The notes under the pieces are model-generated. The model saw nothing but the letters and a program-made list of their open reading frames with translations. It searched no databases and was not told the DNA's origin. DNA of 63,698 nt, filler included, from Klebsormidium nitens (Eukaryota; Plantae; Klebsormidiophyceae): the NCBI GenBank assembly GCA_000708835.1. It is 8 parts of 8 records of this genome, joined end to end, with 100 filler letters (N's around TTAATTAATTAA, not from the genome) between each part and the next. Parts side by side here need not be neighbours in the genome. Positions count along the whole stretch, not along the records: positions 1 to 14,480 come from DF238045.1; 7 more parts are not named here. One strand, given 5' to 3'. Position numbers and translations under genes: made by a program. This document shows, piece after piece, positions 1-11,400 of the stretch (position 1 is its first letter; each line of letters begins with the position of its first letter).

Positions 1-84
1 GGAGTAAGAAAAGGTGCAGCTTTTTCCGTGAAGTCAATGTGACGGTTAAAATAGGTAATTACCTGATTTACGGTCCGGTCATGC

Positions 85-235
85 TGACAGATAATTCCAC
101 AAACATGGTTTTAGTCCAATTGACAGCTAAACCAAGATTCTTCGGTTAGATCATTGTGACATCTAAAACAAATTCCTTCGGTTAGATCAGTTTGACAGCT
201 AAACCAAGATTCTTTGGTTTGATCAGTTTGACAGC
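85..235. repeat. 36-bp tandem array (4 units plus start of a 5th) with internal imperfect palindrome, upstream of the KDZ transposase
   Basis: TGAC recurs at 85, 121, 157, 193 and 229 (exact 36-nt period). Units at 121 and 193 are near-identical (TGACAGCTAAACCAAGATTCTTyGGTTwGATCA) and contain AAACCAAGA..TCTTyGGTT dyad symmetry. Confidence 0.85.
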
Positions 236-512
236 GAAGGTAAAAGTTTCCGTTACCTACTAGGTTACTCTAGCCTAGTAGGTTTGACGGTCAAATTGAC
301 CGTCTAGAAAAGTGCTCAGTGGACGCGAAGAGGTTTCGAAGAGTCTTACCTGCGCATCGCGCTTGCAAGCTCGTGCAGCACAGGCAGCAGAAGCTGGTCA
401 GATTCTTCCTCCCACTTTGGACTTTCAGTCTACATCTTCAAGGCGCAGGCCGTCCATCTATCAATAGGCACAAGAGCTGCCATTGGACATAGTCGTATAG
501 GCAGGCGCATAC

Positions 513-3500
513 ATGGAAGGGGAGCCACCCAGTAAGCGTGGTCGGCCCACTGGTCCACCCAAGACTGCATACATTGGATACAAGGATGGCTCCACTCGCA
601 GGATGGCCCCTCAGTTGAATCTGTCTACTGGCAGCTTGAGAACCAATTCCCAACTCACGTGTAGCCAGCAGCAAGGCAGCATTGCCAGCAGGCCTGTCCC
701 TGTGAGAGCTGGAGGCTTTTTCCAAGCCAGATCTAGACAGCAGCAAGTACCAGGCATAGATTCTTTGGAGGACGCGCCTTCAGGAAGCGATCCTCCAGCT
801 AGTCAGCAATCAAAATCAGGTCCCTCGCCTCCAGCGACAGCGGATTCTGGTGGCCAGCACGCTCACGACGACTCTTTGGACTTCACTCCTGAAGCCAGAC
901 CGTCTGTAATAGAGGTCCCTTCCCGCGCTCAGGATCCAGCAATTGCTCCTATCAATGCTCCGGCGGCGGATCCAGTCCTGGAAAAATACTGCTCTCAGCT
1001 GCTCAGCAAATGCAGGGAGCTCCCGCCTGGGCTGCCCTTGAGCGAGGATTCACAAGGACAGGCAGCTTTCTGTGTTCCCGCAGTCTCCTTTCCGAGCGGT
1101 GAAATTGACTGGACGCGCTTTGAGTTTCCTGGTCTGAAGATGATCACGTTAAGGGAGAGCGGATCGGGTGCAGTCTGGTGGTGTTCCTGCTCCGACGACC
1201 TTGTCTTACAAAGGAGTTTGTTCGAGGGCTTGTCCAAAACAGCAATGGACCGCACCTTTCTGGCTGGCCTTGTTGGCCAATGCTATCATCTAAAAGTCCT
1301 CCTGCGTATCGGAAGCACGCTTGGGCTGCAAATAGAGGATCTGTGCAGGAGGCAAGTGGTGATTCCCCCAGCGGTACGGGTGGCAGAACTGGAGATCGAC
1401 TCTGAAGCTGACGGGGAGCGACTGGTTATTGTTACAAGCGTGCCTTTGCCCTGGTCAGGAAAGGATGGTCTTCCCATAGTCTTGGTTGGCTGCGCCAGTA
1501 GGGGTTACGCGGTAGTCCGCCAGACCACCCGGGGAACTTGGGCTTGCACCACTTGTTCCGGCAGTGGTCGGATAAAGTGCTGGCATGTCCAAGCTCAGGT
1601 TGAGGAAGTCGCCACTGGTTCAGTTCCTTCAAGCAGGCCCGGTCTTACTGCCGCAGAGTTTGAGGAGCGCCTCAGGCGAGCTCTAGACCTCAGCACAGGG
1701 ATGAGGCGCTTGACGTGTTTGAGTAGGGTGCAGATTCCAGAGCCTCACTTGATCGGGCCAGAGTTGGCAGATGTACTGAAACGAAGAGGCGCTCTCGATC
1801 TCCGGTTCCCGCTCAGATGCTCCATCAGATCAGAACTGCGGGGGGCTCAATGTGGTTGTGGTCGGTCTTGGGAGGAAGCAGAGAAGAAGTGGGTGCCAGG
1901 TACAATTTTCCATCTCACTGCCCCTGTAACAACCGAGGTGGAGGAGTGGACGTGTCCATGCGGTGGCAAGAAGCATTACGACGGCGCCTCGGAAGGTCTC
2001 CTCAACTTCAGCAATGTCTACCTCTTCAGCTACGAGTTGCTGAATTGGTGAGTGTCAGAAGCTTGCAAAATTTCAATAAACTTATGCAGCTAGTCAAGAT
2101 TGCATGTCCCAATGCAGGGCAGAGTTGAGCTCGAGTCTGGTTCTGATGCTTGGCCTTATTGGAGTGCGGATCAATGACTGCACGAAGGACCGGTACTTTA
2201 AGAGGTAGAGAGGTTGGCGCGGACCAAACGCGTGACTGGCCAATGATTATTCTGACTCATCAATGTTTACTCTGCTTTTGGACAACTTCTGCTGAGCCTT
2301 TTTCAGTACAACAATTAACCTGCTTGTGTATCATATGCTCTTGGAGAGAATGGTCCTCGTTCTGGCAGTTGGTCACGGTCTCTAGCCTAGTAGGCCTGGT
2401 ATGGCAGAACATGCATGTGCCTGTGAAAAAAGATGCAGAAGTTCAGATTGCTCTGATTGATTATCAAAGTCGGCCGATTGGGCAGTTGCAAGATCGATCG
2501 GTGCTCTCAGGTTAGGGGGTTTGGCAGTCTGGCAGGACAAGCGTCCCACCTTTCTGAAACACATGCTGTTGATTGAACCTTGATCCGCTTTCATGTTTCT
2601 TGCTCGCCAGGTACTCTCATCAGTTCTGGAGGACCAAGCTGCCCTTTTTCTCGATGTGGAGTACGCAAGTATCCATGTACGCGGGGATTGGGCTATCTCC
2701 GGACCTCGTGAAGAGGTACGCCAACATGCGCGCTAAATTCCAAGATGCCTGGCTCGACTACATCAGCCTCCAACGGATTGACTACAGGACGTCCTACAGC
2801 TGCAAGTGCCGAAGAGATATCGACTGTGGTCCTGATGCCAGGTATGCAAATTCATAGCTTTCCTAAGCTCGTCTCTTCGGAGGTTTCATTGGTGCAACTC
2901 TCTTAAGCTCTCTTAAGCCCGCCTCCTTTTGGAAGGAGGCGGGCCCACCTCCCTCCTCGTTGTCAATTTGTGATCGTAGGATTCGAAACTTCAGCCGCTC
3001 TCTATTTAAACAAAGCAAGACTGATGCTTAAAAGCAGTCCTCGAAAGCTTTTGGTCCAAAGTAAGTCGTTCTCCCGATGTTGCCAGACTTTGACGTAGTA
3101 AGTATGAGTCCCTGGAACTTCTTCGGTTTATTCGGAATGTTATTCTGATTACTTTCTATTGTGACGCGTATCACGGATTCTGATTGCGGCCTTCATGAAG
3201 AAATTCGTATGCCTAACCCAAGTTTCCTTGAGCACGAAGTAGTAGGTTTTGTCGATGCAGCTTTATATGACAATTCATAGTCGTTGTATGCCTTTGGGCT
3301 TTGTGGGCGACTCAGAATCTACATGGCTGGGAGTTTCGTTGGTAGTCCGCACATATATGAGGACAGGTCCCTTTCGCCATCCTCGAAATCAGTGGGGTTT
3401 CACGTGAACATGAGGCAATCAAGAGACGTCCGGCTTGCGCTTGTTGTTGGCGAAAGCCCTTGACTGGTTGGGATAACAGCGGCAGTCTGCTGATTGTCTT

Positions 3501-6500
3501 GGCACAAGAGCGGCGGTCTGCTGATCTGTTGCAAAAGAGAGGAAGTCTGCTTACACTAATGTGTGCACTTTGATATTGACCGGGCGACAGCTTATGTCCG
3601 TTGACACCAGCAAGCGTCCGCTGTCTTATCCCTTAGAACACGACCGGCGGCCCGCTTATGCGAGGAGGTGGCTGCCTATGCCTCGAGCGACGTTCGCTTA
3701 TGTCCCTTGTGGTCGCCGACTGTGTTTCCGTTGTAATCAATATGAAGCACGGACTTTTCTCCCATTCTTTGCAGGCCTGAGGGTGAACCGGAGGAAGTCA
3801 CTGCGGACGGCGTGCTGCTTGGGTTCAACTCGAACTTCAGCTACCTGGTCCAACCGTGGACCAGTCCTGCATCCGAACCCCTGGTATCCGGGTCCCTGCA
3901 CACTGATCGCATCCTCGTCAAAGCCGCTCCCGCTCGCCAACTTTTGCTTCGGTTCTCAAAGCGAAGGTAAGATTGCAACGACCGCATCTCTTCGGAAATA
4001 CAGAGTTTCTTCACCACACCAAGAGCGAACCCAATACAGGGTGGCCTTTGAGTGAATGGACAAGAAACTTGGACTGCCTTCAAAACACTAGGGCTGGGGA
4101 CGGAAAAGCTCCCTTTCAGACCTCGTCGCCCACTGTTTCGAAAGCATTTGGTAGCTGAAAAGGAAACAAAGACAACATCCCGCGTTATACTGGTCACTTT
4201 CACGCCAAGGCATCTCTTCACGTGGCCCAAGGACAGTCCCCACAACAAGGTGTTCTACTCGATGCTTCCAGCGCCGCGCCAAATGCAGATATATTGTTTG
4301 CATATGAACTTCTCACATATTCAATGACATATTGTATTGAATTTTCCGGCGTTCTCCCACGCTTTGATGCAGTAGCCATTCGGTTAGGAACAGCCCTGGT
4401 AAGACACGGCGTTTCTCTTTCAAGTAGACGTTTGTTACCCTACGACTGGACATATCCAAAGGGACGCTTGCTCGAGGACGTCCTGACTCTATCTTCAAAG
4501 GATAAGGGATTATTTATCATTTTTTTTTGAGAAGTTTCGCCGCATTGTTGTCGTACTGTATGATGCTTACTGAAAGTGCGCCGGGGTTGGATTTACCAGG
4601 TTCTGAACGCGTTGTCATCCACTTCAGAGTCGTCTCTCGAGCCACATCGTATCTCTGCTTTTAAGACTTGTGCACATGAATGCCAATCTGATGCCCGTTT
4701 TGAAAACATTGGTCGTTTGTTTGGCAGTGTGGCAGCTCGGGGAGCGGGCCTAAGTGATGCCGAGTACGTCGACCTCCGCACTCTCATTACGGCTGAACCA
4801 GAGGCCTCCGCCGTCGACTTTCTCTTGACCGATCCACTTGTTGACAAGGTAAAGTGGATCATAACCCGAAGTCTCTTCTGGAAGCGGATCAGTCTCCGGC
4901 AGTCTCTTGTGGAAGTGGATCATACCCCCGGGGAAGTCTCTTCTTGAAATGGCGACACCAGATTGCTTCTCCCGACATGCAGCGGGTACGTATGGCAGCC
5001 TATGGCAGTGTTCGTACCGAGCATAAGGCGATCTCGCCCTCGAAGTTTTTGCCTTGCTAAAACAGCCGATGAAAGCCAGCGTTACTCGACTTTCCCTGCA
5101 GATGTAAGACTGACACCGACGTTCATTTCTTCTATAGGACCGCCACTTTGCGCGGCCGGAATTGCGGGAGTTCCTGCATGCCGTCGCTTCTCCCGCGCCC
5201 ACCTGCTCTCTTCTTCCAGCAAGCGTGTTTGCCATCGTCGAAGACCATCTACTTGTGCACGGCCACATCTCCGACTTCCAGGCGTACCAGAAGTTTGCCT
5301 CAGACGCGTCCGTCCTGCACACGCTCGTAATGAGCCTCCAAAAGCAAGCGGATGGTAAACTCGACCGCGCCGCGATCGAACTTCTCAGGTCAGTCCGTTG
5401 ACCAATCCCCCAACTACTGAATTGCAAGCACATGGAGCGTGGAAAAACAAACGACCTAATGATGAGTATTCAATTCTTCAGTTTAAAAAGTATTGTAGAC
5501 GCCAAAATCTTTAGTTTTCGTTGGAAAAGCCCCTGCATAGCCGCATGGAGCGAGTACGTTTGGGGAGGTAATACAAATTATGGCGTCAACTTTTCTGGTT
5601 CCCCCATAGGCTAGTTGAGTTGTAGGAAGCGCAATCACGGCGTTACTCTTCGAAACTATATTTGGCAAGGTTGCAGAAGGGGAAGTACTGGAACGGAGGC
5701 AAAAGACTGTGACGATAGCAGCCCGGTCACTCAGGATTATTCGGTTTTTGTTGCAGCGTTATGCTCGCTGTGGCCCGTCGTGCGTTCCAGCCGGCCGTCC
5801 AACGTTCCATGTCTCAGACTGCCAGCAGCAAAGAGCCCGCTTTGTCAGAACATCCTGATTCTGGTAAGTATCTTATTGGTCAGAAATTTTGTAACCTTTT
5901 TGGCAACCTCGGATTGATCACCCGGCTCCTCATTTCTTGTCTCTTGTCTCTCTCGTTGCTGTCGTCTCTCAGCCGTTTCTTACAAGTTCGAAAGCTTTGT
6001 TTTCAATCGAGAGTTGCTCCGTCCTGTCTCTCTTTGGCGTACTCACGATCTATTTGTGATTCGTCGCGACTCACTCCTTTACAATGTTTCGTGCTTTCGC
6101 CGCTACGGCATCGCGTCAGACGCGATGTTGGCCGACAAGCTACTCACATGCACTGCTCCATTTGCAGATACGACCACGTGGACCGACGAAGAGACATTCA
6201 TGCGGACGGGACAGTACTTTCCGAATCTGCCCGTTGTTCGGAATCTGCGGCGATATCGGGCGGATTATGTGAGCCAAAAGTCAGGAGCCACGTGCCGCAA
6301 GTATCAGTATAAGCATCGAGGCATCACGCCAGGCCTTCTCATTGTTTTCTGCTTGAAGTGCAGCCGGTGCATCGGCTTCCTTGTCATGCGCAATGCCGAG
6401 TCCCCGAGAACCTTGTTCGAGGTACTTTTCACCCGTTGGAAGCGTGCGCCAAAGCTCGTAGCTTATGATAACGGGTGTCATTATCACGCCTTTAGTCTGA

Positions 6501-6856
6501 ACAGGGAGCCCGAATGGGCCAGCAATACTTTAGTAGGAATTGACGCGCTCCACCAACCGAATCATAAGGATTGTAGCATAGCTTACGCCATCAAACGTAA
6601 CCCATCGTTGCACAGTCGGAACACAGTAGTTCATGAGCAGAGGAACTCGCGTGTGGCAAACATCAAAACACAGTGCGCCTACATGAGTCAGGCTACCTTC
6701 CTAACGTTCACTAGGTACTACCTGCACTGTTTGAACCGCCAACAAGACAGAGGGGATTTTCCATCACTGCCTAACTTAGTGGATGTAGACCTTACTGAGG
6801 CTTTAGATAACATTATTGAGGAAGGTAACATAGATCTCGAACTTGGTGACATCTAA
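513..6856 (+). CDS. KDZ-family transposase with SWIM-like fingers and CxC4-like cysteine cluster, 7 exons, about 1057 aa
   Basis: Exons 513-2047, 2611-2841, 3775-3966, 4728-4848, 5138-5388, 5757-5863, 6120-6856. All junctions are GT..AG and phase-compatible (3174 nt). Motifs: WWCSCS..CYHL and WACTTC..CWHV (SWIM-like); CGCG..WTCPCGGKKHYDG..GLLNFSN.YLFSYELL (CxC4-like); FQDAWLDYISLQRIDY..SCKC; VTADGVLLGF; TPGLLIVFC..GF..M..AES..YDNGC..NREP..IDALH..H..CS..NTVVHEQRN (KDZ catalytic core). The exon 7 acceptor is the least certain. Confidence 0.88.
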
Positions 6857-8434
6857 ACCAATTAATCGAATGTCAAATGTACAAATGAATTATTGATTGG
6901 CAGCTAGCATTCTTTTACGAAGTTCTTGTGTTGATTAAGTTGAGTCCAAGGTTTAAGTGCTGAAGAATGAAGTAGTAAACCCAATCGTTGCACTGGTGCC
7001 GCTTGGGGCCTCGCCCAGAATTGCATGATGTGCAAGAATTTTCTGCGGTCCACTATGCAATAAATTGATTCATTAAGAGTTGATCAACAATTCTGGTTGC
7101 GCCACATTCAATTGGATGTGGAAGCGGCAAGGTCAATTGTCAGGCAGAGGTTGTATCTGTGTCATCAAATACGAGTTTTCCCAGCATTGGGCCTATATGC
7201 AGATGTACGCAATATATATTCATATGCATCGTTGGGGAATGACTACTACCAAACAATTGACCTACCAGGCCGCTGTTCATATATATTGCACAATATCGTA
7301 AATGTCGATCTTGTGCTAACGCGAAACTTCATGCAGTCAAAGCTTGTCTACACCTATGTAGTGACTCAGATTGATGACGCATCGGTGGTTCTGCGGATGC
7401 GCATAGATTTGACATAAGTGACCCGACTGTGACTCGGAAAGCATGACTGGTGAATAGTATGAGCCCCGAAGCGGTCCGACCACTGAGGCACTGAGTGGTC
7501 AGTCATATAGTTAATCCTTGGGTTATCATTCAGCAAGTGATAAGATATGTCGGAAACAAGATAGGAACTTAGGCTGAGGCTGGTTTCAAAATAGGAAGCA
7601 CTTGATCACCATGTGACCCGGTATGTTAAGGTTCCGTTTGCATGAGAGACGCATGCCGAAGGTAGCGTACAGTCGGCGGGCCCCAGCTCGTCGTCAGTAT
7701 TTATATGCCGAGTCGCCTGGCACGAGTCAAGTATTTGGCCCATATTGTTAGAGGCTCAGTTAAAGTCGGCTTTTGCCTAGGTGACGCAAAGCGCCTAGGC
7801 TGACCATGCATGACGGGTAACCTTAAGATATGCGTGAAGTCCTGACCGTCAAGTCAACGGTCAACAGAGTCGTTGACCCGGATAGCTCAGATTCAGTGAT
7901 GCCTAGGATCAACTAGCGCTCGTGAATGATGAGACCGATGACCAACTAGCAGAAGTACCTCGAGGAAGAAGCCTATCATTTGCCGAGTTACCTCCGCAAA
8001 CCATACGATAGGCCTTGCTTCATGTCCGGGGTGCATGAAGCTGTCATCATGAGTCAGCCGGCACGACGTTGTAATGAAAGCCCACGGCAACTTCATCCGG
8101 TCCATGTGGCCAACGGACTTGCATGGCTGCATATTACTTGCACTATTACACAATTGCTTGGATTGTCTTGTGCTTTTCTTTGTTTTCTTTGTCGCAAACT
8201 TGGGAAATAACAGACGCTAGCCTAGTGCCACGAGATTACAAGACCTTTCAATATGTTTCCACCTGACCAATCGAATCAACGTGTGCCAGCGTCACAATAG
8301 AATTAAATTGAAGCATTCACGCATGGGTTTTCATAAACAATTAAACTAGTTTCCAACCTTGACTTTGCATGGTTGACCAGCCGACTTAACTTGCTTGAAA
8401 TGGCTTTCAAAGTACCCACAAAACAACTACTTAT

Positions 8435-11400
8435 CTAGCGACGTGACCCGTTCATGAGCTCCTTTAACACTTGGCTAACACCGGCACTCGCGGCACGTCT
8501 CGGTGGCCGGCTACTTTCACATACTGATCCAGAATCTTCTCCTTGACGTGGCATGTTTTCGTCTCTCCCACCTGCACGAGCGAACAGATTCTGAAACCCA
8601 ACGTAACAGAAGCAACGAAGCAAGCAGTCGACACAAACGTTTTTGCAAGAGTACTGGGCGAATAGCTGGGGCGGAGCTCAAAACTGCCTTGTCAACCCCC
8701 ATCCAAACGTGATACGAGCTTTCAGATCGCAAGCTCCATAAGCGTGGCCAGATCGGCAACAAAGAGAGACAATCTAGTACCTTGAGGTGCAAGGGACTCC
8801 AGCAACACTTTTAAGCGTCAAACTTACTTGGTAAGTCCGCCGAGCCACTTCGTTCGGCCTTCCCGCCTCTTGGCTTCTTTCCTCGTCCTGCAAATGATTG
8901 CAAAAAAGTGTTCCTCGTCTTGTCGAAGCCATCACCGAACCGAGAATTGATGCAACATTGCGCAAAAGAGCACCCTCACAGCACTACCTATGCTTCTTAG
9001 ATTGTCTCAGGAAGCGTTCGATGAGCAAACGAGACATCTTAAAAGAATTGAAGCAAGCACATAATTTCCTTGAAGCCCGTCACTTGATCTCAAAGCGAAC
9101 AGAATCGAGTTTGCGTGAACATCAATACCTTTTGGTACCATCTCAGAGGCAGCCGTCCTTTTTAAGCAACCGGACGGTAGCGGTGCCAAACGTGGCGGCA
9201 GCCGAGCATGGTCGTCTGGTCCTGTGTGGAAAAAGTCCACCAAAGTTAAGGGTAAAAGGTTGCGGTCAGCCACCAAAGGCTACACTAACGCAAAATGGCT
9301 TCAAACTTTTCACTTGGCACTCTTCATGTCGTGCAGGTTGGATTCAAAGCCGGAATTCCGAAGCCTGAACGACTCTCCAAACCTTTGGCTTTCAAAGTTG
9401 CTTCAATCGGTCGACGACCTGTTTGTTGGTCAACTTACTTGGCAAACTCCGACTCTTGGCCTTACTTTTGACTTTCGCCTTCAGTCCTTTGTTGTGGGGA
9501 GGTACCTGTGAATTACCTTTTGGAACGTTTCGCGGTGGCCCATCCTTGTGAGCATTTGGAAGAGCATCTCTTCGCCCCCTACTTTGCTTCGTGCTCAGCC
9601 GCGCCCTGCTAAGTACGTGGTATGACATCGATTTTGGACCCACCTTTTCCTGCCATGGGCAGTCCGTCTCTGTCTTCGCCCTCTCGCTGCTCCCTCGGCG
9701 AGGTGTGGTCCATGCCGTCCTCCTGCTGCGCGCTCGGCGGGACTCCTTCCTCAAGTCCGGGCCCTTCCGGCTGTCCACTTGGCGGCTTATGTTGTTGAAG
9801 TTCCCCTTGGTGCGTTGCTACCGCCCCTACGTGCTGGCTGTCCCCCTGTTGCACTTCAAGTGCCGCACCGCGCTGCCCCCTCCCTGGTTGCGCACTTGGC
9901 GCCGTATCTCGCTGGTCCGCTCCCGGGTGCGCACTCGGCGCGCCATTTCTTCGCTTCCACCCGGGCTGCGCACTCGGCGCCGCGTCCCACTTCCCCCCTC
10001 CAGGCTGCGCACTCGGCGCTGCGTCTCGCTGGTCTTTTCCAAGTTGCGCACTCGGCGCCCCGGGTCCCTGCCCCGCCCCAGACTGCGTACCCGGCGCCAC
10101 TGGCCCCTGCCCCGCCCCAGACTGCGAACTCGGCGCCCCGGGTCTCTTCGCCCCCCCAGTTTGCGCACTCGGCGCCCCGGGTCCCTGCCCCCCATCAGAC
10201 TGCGCACTCGGCGCCCCAGGTCCCTGCCCCCCTCAGACTGCGCACTCGGGCCCCCGGGTCCCTGCCCCCCATCAGACTGCGCACTCGGCGCCCCGGGTCT
10301 CTGCCCCCCTCCACGCTGCGCATTTGGCGCTGCGTCGCGCTGGTCCGCCCTCGATCGCGCACTCTGCTCGTCGTCGCATCGGCCCCCCCTGGGCTGTCCG
10401 GCCGTTGCCACGTCACTCTGGCCCCCCCCAGAATGCGGATTCAGCGTCGCATCTCGCTGGCCTGAGCCCGGTTGTGCACTCCGCCCCCCGTCTCGCTGGC
10501 CCGCTCCCGCTTGCGCACGTGGTGGCCCGTCGTCCTGGCGCCGCCCGTGCTCATGCTCCTGCGCTGCATCTGCCCCCGGGGGCAGCTGACGTTCTTTGAC
10601 ATTACCGTGCCCGGATTCGTTTGGGGCTTTGTCTAGGTTCCTGAGGGCAAGTTTTGCGCGGTCTACAAAGGCTGTCAGGAGAGCGAATACCGCATCTCGA
10701 TTGAACTTGTCGACTACCTCGCTCGCCACGGATGGATCCAAGATGACCCGTTGGAGACATGACCATCGTTCTGCAAGCTCTCCTCCCATGTTCTCGGCTA
10801 GGTCTTCTAGCAACTCGCACTCCTCTATGAACCTTGGCCAATTGCCTGATCCAACGCGGAGATGCCGGACCACAGTCTCCGTGTGCGCCTCTACCAGCAA
10901 AGTGTCCGTCGGCACCGCCACGTCTAAACCAGCTTTGTGGAGCCGGGTGGAGACGGTTCCAACACCTTGCATGGTGTGCAGGACGTGCAACACCTTGCGG
11001 CTGACGTCACCTTGATCGAGCAGGTCACCGAGCAGCTGGAGGAGGTGTGATGGGGCGTTGGAGTCCTGCTCGTATGGTGCGGCGAAATGTTGTACAGAGT
11101 GTAGAAACTCTGTAGCGGCTACTTGGGGTCGTACCGCTTCCCGAGCCTCCGTAGTACCTGCCCGAGGTCAACATATACGCATGAGTTGATTGACTCGCTA
11201 AAATCTGCATAAGCAGAATTACAGAGAAGTTGATCGAAGAGAAGATGATTAAAACCTCATGTGAAAATGAAAATTGTCAATGGAGTTCTCGGGTGATCAG
11301 GTGCTATCTCAGATATGGCACGTGCTGAGTTTGGAGAGAGCAGGACCAGAGAGCAAAAACGTGATGTACAGGTAGGTCGTTATGTTCTGCTTCAAAGACA

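Noticed and set aside
6857-8434. TET/JBP dioxygenase or HMG gene inside the KDZ element
   Set aside because: No ORF with an HxD...H 2OG-Fe(II) pattern or HMG box was found by eye; the 106-aa ORF at 7097-7417 has no recognisable motif.
9591-10589. Plus-strand 332-aa and 228-aa ORFs (LRTRR or AHSAP repeats)
   Set aside because: Antisense shadows of the GC-rich 39-nt coding repeat.
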